NCBI GenBank assembly: GCA_963715705.1
Contig: OY970267.1
Span: forward strand, 95,094 to 119,093
Source: an uncultured Actinomycetes bacterium
GTDB taxonomy: Bacteria > Actinomycetota > Thermoleophilia > Gaiellales > Gaiellaceae
Direction of reading: 5' to 3'
Length of the DNA: 24,000 nt
Shown here: in pieces, positions 15,418-24,000 of the stretch
Position numbering within the stretch: the first letter of the stretch is position 1
Layout of the letters: every line of letters begins with the position of its first letter
Made by a program: the position numbers and the translations under genes
The notes under the pieces: model-generated
Seen by the model: the letters and a program-made list of their open reading frames with translations, nothing else
The model's database searches: none
What the model was told of the DNA's origin: nothing

Positions 15418-16076
15418 GACAGCGCGCGCTCCAGGGCGGCCCGGTCGGTCGGCGCGCCGTGCGTCGGAAGCACGAGCTCGACCGGCAGCTCGAGCAGCGG
15501 GCTCAGGCTCTCGACGACCTGCTCGCGGGGCACGTCCTTCCGGAGCCACTGGAGCGGGATCTCCAGGCTCTCGCCGAAGTCGACGAGCGAGTCGCCGCAG
15601 ATGACCGTGCGGAGGTCCTCGATCCAGAGCACGAGGTCCTGCGGCTCCCTGCCCGCGAACGCCTCGATGCCGGCGGGCGCTCCTTCCTCCGGCGAGTACC
15701 AGTGCGCCTCGCCCGCCTCCCCGGTTACCAGCCACCGGAGGTCGGGGCTGCCGTCCCCGGCCTGCTCGGCCGTGATGCCGTACTTGTCCATCAGGTCCTG
15801 AGCGCTCTCGGGCCGAGGCGTGTACACGGGCGTCCCGAGCCGGTCGACGAGGCCGCGCGTGTCGCGCTCGTGCCACGGGTTGGTGAGCACGACCGCGAGG
15901 TTGCGGCCGGCCGCGAGCTCCTCGAGCTCGCCCGGCGGGGCGAGCGGATCGAATAGCAGCAGCCGCTCGCCGTCGTCGATCGCGTAGGACGAGACGTTCC
16001 GCTCCCAGGGCTCGTCCGCGCTCCAGCCCGGATGCGGCGCGTCCCAGTGCCATACACCTGGTCGCAGCTCGCGCAC
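15414..16076 (-). CDS. MBL-fold (metallo-beta-lactamase-like) protein with an atypical metal-binding signature
   Basis: Sequence RELRPGVWHWDAPHPGW...SSYAIDDGERLLLFDPL...VVLTNPWHERD...VICGDSL...LVLPTHG. I place the start at the GTG at 16076 because GC3 drops and the sequence becomes Arg-rich upstream of it. The alternative ATG is at 16214. Confidence 0.6.
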   Translation of the reverse strand: MRELRPGVWHWDAPHPGWSADEPWERNVSSYAIDDGERLLLFDPLAPPGELEELAAGRNLAVVLTNPWHERDTRGLVDRLGTPVYTPRPESAQDLMDKYGITAEQAGDGSPDLRWLVTGEAGEAHWYSPEEGAPAGIEAFAGREPQDLVLWIEDLRTVICGDSLVDFGESLEIPLQWLRKDVPREQVVESLSPLLELPVELVLPTHGAPTDRAALERALS

Positions 16077-16172
16077 GGGTCGGATGCTAGTCGAGCGCGT
16101 CGGTCGCTCAGGTCCACCTACTTGCGACTGGTCGGTCAGCCCTGTACTGCGCCGTTCACGGCGACGGCGCCA

Positions 16173-16202
16173 GGCTGACGGACGCTCGGCTGACGAACGC
16201 GA
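16173..16202. repeat. Tandem 15-bp direct repeat GGCTGACG(G/A)ACGC.. x2, with an inverted GGCTGAC copy at 16135-16141
   Basis: GGCTGACGGACGCTC at 16173-16187 is followed directly by GGCTGACGAACGCGA at 16188-16202. GTCAGCC (the reverse complement of GGCTGAC) lies at 16135-16141. All sit between the nrdJ stop and the likely start of the MBL-like gene. Confidence 0.4.
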
Positions 16203-16219
16203 GCACGCGGGCATGGTGC

Positions 16220-16246
16220 AGAGAGCGTCCTCTGAGTACGCCCTCT
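16220..16246 (-). terminator. Possible nrdJ transcription terminator hairpin (no U-tract)
   Basis: On the minus-strand RNA, AGAGGGCGU-ACUCAGAGG-ACGCUCUCU forms a 9-bp stem (one G-U pair) with a 9-nt loop. It starts about 31 nt after the nrdJ stop codon. No T-run follows, so function is uncertain. Confidence 0.3.
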
Positions 16247-16276
16247 AGCGTTTCAGTCAGCGATCAACTTCAACAC

Positions 16277-19093
<2,817 letters not shown>

Positions 19094-19284
19094 CAACTCT
19101 CCCCGCCCGGATGGGCGACGTGCGTCATGCGAGCGGACCTAGGAGAGTAGGACGGGGGTCGGATGGTAAGGAAGCCCCGGTTTTTTCCTGCAAATAGCGT
19201 AAATCTGTACCGCGTCACGGTCCTGTGAAGTCTACCCGCGGGACCCTTTGCTACCGAAGTGCCCGCGACGGGCGAGAGGGCGGC

Positions 19285-19867
19285 TCAGCCGACGAGGTCG
19301 TCGTCGCCGAAGGCGTTCGCGTCGTCCGCGTGGCGGCGGCGCGAGAGGTAGCCGAGGCCGCCGGCGCCGAGGAGCGCGAGCGACATCCCGCCGAGGACGA
19401 GGAGCGGGATCGGGATCGACGACGGGTCGGACGAGACGTCGGGAGTTGCTTCAGACGTCGGGTCCGGGGACCCAGGAACCACCTGGCGTCTCCGTGCCCG
19501 GGTCTTCTCCCGGCTCGCTCGGGCTGGTCGGGTCGGACGGTGTCCCGTTCGGGTTCCGAGAGGGGGGATCGGAGCCTCCGTCGTCGCCCCGGCCGGCGCT
19601 CTGAAGCGCCCGCATGATGACGTCCTCCGCGTCCGAGTAGTCGCGGAAGTCGGCCGGGATCGAGTCGATCGCCTCGTCGTAGCAGTGGAGCGGATAGACG
19701 CGATCGATGCGCCCGTTGTCGAACCAGTCCTGGAGGACGGCCTCCCCGCACTTGGACGCCATGGCCGCGCCCGGAAGAGCCAGGGCCGCGACCGCGCTCG
19801 CGAGCAGCACGAGAGTCCCGACGAGTGCGGCCAGGCGGCGGCGTGGGAAAAGAGTAGGCGTGATCAC
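19285..19867 (-). CDS. Secreted protein with a Pro/Ser/Thr/Asp-rich linker and a C-terminal TM anchor; reading frame interrupted (one-base frame break within 19451-19482)
   Basis: ORF 19451..19867 carries the signal peptide MITPTLFPRRRLAALVGTLVLLASAVAALALPGAAMA, a 2-Cys domain and a Pro-rich linker. ORF 19285..19482, in the +1 frame, continues the linker (PDPTSEATPDVSSDPSS) into the TM anchor IPIPLLVLGGMSLALLGAGGLGYL plus RRRH. Both frames have very high GC3. A GGGG run lies at 19466-19469. Confidence 0.6.
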
Positions 19868-20014
19868 GGGCGGCGTAGCGAGGCTGAAAGGGAGTCTCTC
19901 CCTCCGAGGTGATCCCCGCGTATGTACAGGGTAAACGTATTGTTAGACGGCTGATGCCACAGACCGGTTAGCCATGCGGTCTGCGCGCTGGGCGCGGTGG
20001 TAGCCTCGACGACC

Positions 20015-21980
20015 ATGGAAGGGGCGTCCGAGTCGTCCGTCCGGGCGCTCGGCAAGGCCCCGCTCGTCCTCGCGTGCGCAGTCGGAGTCGGCCTCCTCGG
20101 GGCGACGTTCGCCGGCGACGGATCCGACGTCGGGGGGATCCTCCCGGTCGGCGGCTGGGCGTTGGTCGTGCTCGCCGCCGCGTTCGTCGCGGTCGGGTTC
20201 GGTGCGCTCCCGGTTCCGAGGATCGGCCGGTCGGGGCTCGCGCTCGTCGGGTCGCTCGCGCTTCTCTGCCTGTGGATCGGGGCGTCGGTCGAGTGGTCGA
20301 TCACGCCCGACCGGAGCTGGGACGCGTTCAACCGGAGCCTCGCGTTTCTCGCGTTCCTCGGCCTCGGAGTCGTGCTCGCTGCCGCGGTCGGCGTGGTGGC
20401 GGCGCGCGTCGGGGCGACGGTGCTTGTCGGGCGTGACCGCGGCTGTCCTGGTGGCCGCTCTCGCTTCGAAGGTGATCCCGGCGCTCGACGCCGAGGGCGA
20501 CCGCGTCGCGCGGCTGCGCTGGCCCGTCGAGTACTGGAACGCGCTCGCGCTCATCGCGAACATCGCGCTCGCGCTCGGGCTCTGGCTCGCCGCGTCGCGC
20601 GAGCACCGCCGGGTCGTCCGGATCGCGGGTGGGCTGCTCCTGTACGTGGCGACGCTCGCGCTCCTGTTGACGATCTCGCGAGCAGGAGTCGTGGCCGGGG
20701 TCGCCGTCGTCGTGCTCTGGCTCGTGCTCTCGCGCGAGCGCATGGAAGCGGCGGCGCTGCTGCTCGCGGCCTCGACGCTTCCGGCCGTGCTCGTCGCGGG
20801 TTGGGCGTTCACCCGTCCCGCGCTCGTCGAGGACGTCGCGGAGCGGTCCGACCGCGTCGCAGACGGGGCGGTCTTCGGCGTTCTCGCGCTTGCGGGAGCT
20901 GCTCTCGTGGCCGCCCTCCTGTGGCTCGCTGTGACACGTCCGCTGAGCGAGGTCATGCGCAGGCGTGTTCTCGTCGTCGTGGCGGCGGTCGTCGCAGCGG
21001 GCGCGCTCGCCGGGCTCGTGCTCGCCGTCGGCAACGCCGAGACCTCGCGCACGCCGTGTGCCGAGCTCGTGAACGACCCGACCCGCCTCGGCTCGTTCAA
21101 CTTCAGCAACCGCACGTGCTGGTGGGACGAGGCGCTGGAGGTCTTCGGCGCGCACGCGCCTCTGGGCGCGGGCGCCGGATCATTCGAGATCGCGCGGCGC
21201 CGGCACCGGGAGGACGGGCCGAACGTCTCGCAGCCGCACAACGTCGCGCTGCAGCACCTCGCGGACGGGGGCATCCCCGGGGTCGCGCTGTTCGTGGCCT
21301 TCGTGGCCGCGGCCACGGCCGCGTGCGTCTGCGCGATTCGCCGGCTCGACGGCGCGGAGCACGCCGCGGGGATCGCGCTCGTCGCGGCGCCTACGGCGTA
21401 TCTCCTGCACTCGCTCGTCGACTACAACTGGGACTTCCTCGCGGTGACGGCGCCGACACTGGTCGCGCTCGGCGTCCTCGCCGGCGCGGGCCGCCCTCCC
21501 GGGGAACGTCGCCGTCTCCCGGTGCTGGGCATCGGCGTGGTCGTCGTCGCGGTGGCTGTCCTCGCCTCGTTCGCGGCACCCCGGCTCTCGGAGCGCAGCG
21601 TTCGCGCGTCGACCCGCGCGCTCGAGGAGCGCGACTACGACCGGGCGCGGGACGAGGCGCAGCGGGGGAGGTCCCTGAACCCGTACTCGCTCGAGCCGAT
21701 CGCTGCGCTGGCGCGGATCGCGGAACGCCAGGGCGAGGTGCGCGAGGCGCAGGCGCGCTACGTCGACGCGGTCGAGCTCCAGCCGGAGAACCCCGAGACG
21801 TGGTACGCGCTCGGGCTCTACGAGTACGAAGTCATTCGCGACCTCTGCGCGGCGCACGAGTACCTCGAGCGGGCGTTCGCGCTCGACCCCGTGGGGAACC
21901 AGTGGGTTCCCGGCGGCCCGCTCGACGTGGCACGGGAGGCGGTCGACGACGGAGTGTGCGGCGCTATGCGCCGAGGATGA
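20015..21980 (+). CDS. O-antigen ligase (Wzy_C / RfaL-like) family polytopic membrane protein with C-terminal TPR-like repeats; reading frame interrupted (one-base frame break within 20411-20433)
   Basis: N-terminal TM helices and WIGASVEWSITPDRSWDAFNRSLAFLAF lie in the frame of ORF 19997..22156. From VTAAVLVAALASKV onward the sensible sequence is in the frame of ORF 20202..21980. That part includes GAGAGSFE...PHNVALQHLADGGIPG and the TPR-like tail ...YVDAVELQPENPETWYALGLYEY. The start is ATG 20015 or GTG 19997. Confidence 0.65.
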
Positions 21981-22491
21981 GCACGGCGTGCGCGCGTCCG
22001 AGATCGCGGACGCGTATGCCGTCGAGGGGCCCGGCCCGGCCGACCCCGAGGTCGCGGGCGAGGCGTCGTCCCTCGCCTGCGAAGCCCGGCCTGAACATCA
22101 CGAAGGTCCGCGGGAAGTCGGTGCGCGGCGCATTCCCGACCGCGCCGACCCGGTAGCCCTCGCGCATGACCTGCGACGCCGCCTCGGCCGCGGCGCCGGT
22201 GCGCCCGTTTCCGTTCAGGACGAGGACGATGGTCTTCCTTCGCGCGAGCTTCGCGGCTTGGGGCTTCGTGCCGCTGCGCTTGCCGGCGGCGGGCGTTCGC
22301 TCGGCCTTCTTCGGCGCGAGCGCGTGCTCCTTCGCGGCCACCTGGACGCGGCTCGAGACGGCCTGGGCGAGCTCACCGCCGCCGATCGCGAGCAGCAAGA
22401 GCAGCTCGACGGCCGCGATCGAGGCTGCCACGAACGCGGCGACGCGCCATGGACGCACGAGCATGTCGACGGGGGGGAGCGGGTGATCCAC
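21964..22491 (-). CDS. LytR_C (LytR/CpsA/Psr C-terminal) domain membrane protein
   Basis: The N-terminal TM is WRVAAFVAASIAAVELLLLLAIGG, followed by a basic linker and then IVLVLNGNGRTGAAAEAASQVMREGYRVGAVGNAPRTDFPRTFVMFRPG. GTG start at 22491, with an alternative ATG at 22464. The 3' end overlaps the convergent ligase gene by 17 nt. Confidence 0.75.
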   Translation of the reverse strand: MDHPLPPVDMLVRPWRVAAFVAASIAAVELLLLLAIGGGELAQAVSSRVQVAAKEHALAPKKAERTPAAGKRSGTKPQAAKLARRKTIVLVLNGNGRTGAAAEAASQVMREGYRVGAVGNAPRTDFPRTFVMFRPGFAGEGRRLARDLGVGRAGPLDGIRVRDLGRAHAVLILGA

Positions 22492-22530
22492 GCGCGACTC
22501 GATTCGTCCGAGCGGGCGCGAGTCCTTCTT

Positions 22531-23460
22531 CTACGAGGCTGCGGCCTTGTCGCCCGACAGCGACTCCCACGTCGCGAGCAGTCCGTCCTCGAGCGCGACC
22601 ATCGCGGCGAACCCGAGCTCGTCCGCGGCGCGCTGCGTATCGAGGACGCTTCGTTGCAGCTCACCGAGGCGGGCCGGCTCGTGCACCGCCTCCGTGCTCG
22701 AGCCGGCGGCGGCGCGGCACAGCTCATAGAGCTCGACAACCGAGGTCTCGCGCCCGGTCCCGACGTTGAAGACCCCGCCTTCCTGCCCGAGCGCGGACAG
22801 CGTCGCCCGGGCGACGTCGCCGACGTAGATGTAATCGCGGGTCTGGAGGCCGTCGCCGAAGATGCGCGCCTGCTCGTCGCGGGCGAGGGCGCCGAGGAAG
22901 ATCGCGACGACTCCGGCCTCCCCGTGCGGATCCTGGCGCGGCCCGTAGACGTTCCCGTACCGGAGGGCGACGTGGATCGTCCCGTAGAGGCGGTTGTACG
23001 TGCTCAGGTACTCCTCGGCGGCGAGCTTCGAGGCGCCGTACGGCGAGATCGGGAGGCGCGGCGCCGACTCCTTGACGGGCTCGGTGCACTCGCCGTAGAT
23101 CGCGCCGCCGGTCGAGCTGAACACGACTTGCGCGTCGTGGCGTCGAGCAGCCTCGAGTACGCGGATCGTCCCGAGCAGGTTGACGTCGGCGTCCATGTGC
23201 GGGTCCTCGACGGCGACGCGCAGGTCGGCCTGCGCGGCGAGGTGGTAGACGGCCTCGGGGCGGACTTCGTCGAACAGGTCGTCGAGCGGCTCCCGGATGT
23301 CGCGCTCGACGAACCGTGCGCTCGCGGTGACGTTCTCGCGCTTGCCGGTTGCGAGCGAGTCGACGACGACGACCTCGTCGCCCTTGACGATCAACGCGTC
23401 GACGACGTGGGATCCGATGAAGCCGGCGCCGCCGGTGACGATCGCTCGCACGCGCCGCAT
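22531..23460 (-). CDS. NAD-dependent epimerase/dehydratase (extended SDR, UDP-glucose 4-epimerase-like)
   Basis: Sequence MRRVRAIVTGGAGFIGSHVV (GxxGxxG), SSTGGAIYG, and catalytic YxxxK in PYGASKLAAE. 309 aa from the ATG at 23460. The upstream extension of ORF 22531..23673 is antisense to tmk. Confidence 0.9.
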   Translation of the reverse strand: MRRVRAIVTGGAGFIGSHVVDALIVKGDEVVVVDSLATGKRENVTASARFVERDIREPLDDLFDEVRPEAVYHLAAQADLRVAVEDPHMDADVNLLGTIRVLEAARRHDAQVVFSSTGGAIYGECTEPVKESAPRLPISPYGASKLAAEEYLSTYNRLYGTIHVALRYGNVYGPRQDPHGEAGVVAIFLGALARDEQARIFGDGLQTRDYIYVGDVARATLSALGQEGGVFNVGTGRETSVVELYELCRAAAGSSTEAVHEPARLGELQRSVLDTQRAADELGFAAMVALEDGLLATWESLSGDKAAAS

Positions 23461-23508
23461 CCTACGAGTCGCGCGGCCGGCCTGTACAAGGCGCCGCTCC
23501 TCCGTAGG

Positions 23509-24000
23509 ATGCGCGAGATGTTCATCTCCTTCGAAGGCCTCGACGGATCCGGCAAGTCGACGCAGGCCAAGCTCCTCCAGGCCCGCCTCGAGGCAGATGG
23601 GGAGCAGGTCGTCGCGACGCGGGAGCCAGGAGGCACGGAGCTCGGTGAGCGCATCCGCGATCTCTTGCTCCACGGAGGGTACGTCGCCCCGTGGGCCGAG
23701 GCACTCCTCTACGCCGCGTCACGGGCGCAGCACGTCGACGAGGTCATCCGGCCGGCGCTCGAGCGCGGCGCGTCCGTCGTCTGCGACCGCTACATCGACT
23801 CGTCGGTCGCGTACCAGGGAGTCGCGCGCGGGCTCGGGCTGGAGCGAGTGCTCGACCTGAACGTGACCGCCGTCGGCGGGCTCATGCCCGATCGCACCTT
23901 CCTGCTCCAGATCGATCCGGCCGACGTCCCGAACCGGCTCGGGGGCAATCACGACCGGCTGGAGCGCGAGGGAGACGCGTTCCGGGCGCTCGCCGCCTCG
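23509..24000 (+). CDS. tmk: Thymidylate (dTMP) kinase, 5' part (3' end outside the window)
   Basis: This frame is open to the window end and is not in the ORF track. Sequence M(REM)FISFEGLDGSGKSTQAKLL (P-loop), REPGGT, DRYIDSSVAYQG. The start is ATG 23509 or ATG 23518. Confidence 0.9.
   Translation, partial: MREMFISFEGLDGSGKSTQAKLLQARLEADGEQVVATREPGGTELGERIRDLLLHGGYVAPWAEALLYAASRAQHVDEVIRPALERGASVVCDRYIDSSVAYQGVARGLGLERVLDLNVTAVGGLMPDRTFLLQIDPADVPNRLGGNHDRLEREGDAFRALAAS

Noticed and set aside
16077-16214. A 46-codon N-terminal extension of the MBL-like ORF (ATG at 16214).
   Set aside because: The peptide is Arg-rich (RPSAWRRRRERRS) with mixed third-position composition. The family-like sequence begins at RELRPGVWHW, just after the GTG at 16076. 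It is kept as an alternative start only.
19153-19186. A CGGGG ... CCCCG stem followed by T6 on the plus strand, which resembles an intrinsic terminator.
   Set aside because: The stem is only 5 bp with a 17-nt loop. There is no plus-strand gene upstream to terminate, since the plus strand here is antisense to nrdJ. On the minus strand the A-run precedes the stem rather than following it.
19094-19284. An NrdR box pair or a cobalamin riboswitch in the nrdJ leader.
   Set aside because: I found no 16-bp ACAC..ATAT..GTGT-type palindrome and no B12-box-like sequence by eye, and the leader is short for a cobalamin riboswitch. A PWM or covariance-model scan is needed for certainty.
19960-19983. The inverted repeat CAGACCG-N10-CGGTCTG in the divergent region between the secreted-protein gene and the ligase gene. 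Similar small hairpins lie at 8458-8473 (TCAGGG-TAAG-CCCTGA), 12160-12172 (CTTGC-GGA-GCAAG, overlapping the PadR SD) and 5418-5431 (CCCGG-TCTA-CCGGG).
   Set aside because: Stems of 5-7 bp in GC-rich intergenic DNA are expected by chance at this frequency. They are noted as possible operators or hairpins but have no independent support.

Overview
This is a very GC-rich bacterial chromosomal segment; third codon positions are almost always G or C. The gene style looks Actinobacteria-like: an ECF sigma/anti-sigma pair, a class II RNR, frequent GTG/TTG starts and many 4-nt start/stop overlaps. I cannot assign a taxon from sequence alone.

I can support about 30 tightly packed protein-coding genes. 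I found no rRNA, tRNA, CRISPR array, transposase, integrase or phage genes. All product calls rest on motifs read in the supplied translations, not on any database search.

Gene content in order:
- Four tandem, translationally coupled MDR-type quinone oxidoreductase paralogs (1-3408).
- A YciI-like protein and a class III aminotransferase.
- A run of small transporters: TMEM175/DUF1211, LysE and SemiSWEET.
- An alpha/beta hydrolase.
- A CDP-alcohol phosphatidyltransferase coupled to a YqaA/DedA-like membrane protein.
- An ECF sigma/anti-sigma pair, divergent from a beta-lactamase-fold serine hydrolase and followed by a PadR + DUF1700-like pair.
- A small island of uncharacterised ORFs plus a standalone cNMP-binding protein.
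- An MBL-like + GFA pair.
- nrdJ.
- An envelope/glycan group: a secreted anchored protein, an O-antigen-ligase-like protein with TPR, a LytR_C protein and an NAD-dependent epimerase.
- The 5' part of tmk.

I do not see a convincing novel multi-gene system such as a defence island or mobile element; most of the window looks like ordinary chromosome. The points most worth a second look are:
- The four-paralog MDR array. Adjacent copies 1 and 2 are about 90% identical in nucleotides over the shared part.
- Three independent reading-frame breaks, all in the same direction (one extra base), all at short G/C runs and all in envelope-related genes.
- The phosphatidyltransferase-DedA/YqaA coupling.
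- The orphan ORF island at 13.2-14.9 kb.
- Several short repeat or inverted-repeat elements in divergent intergenic regions.
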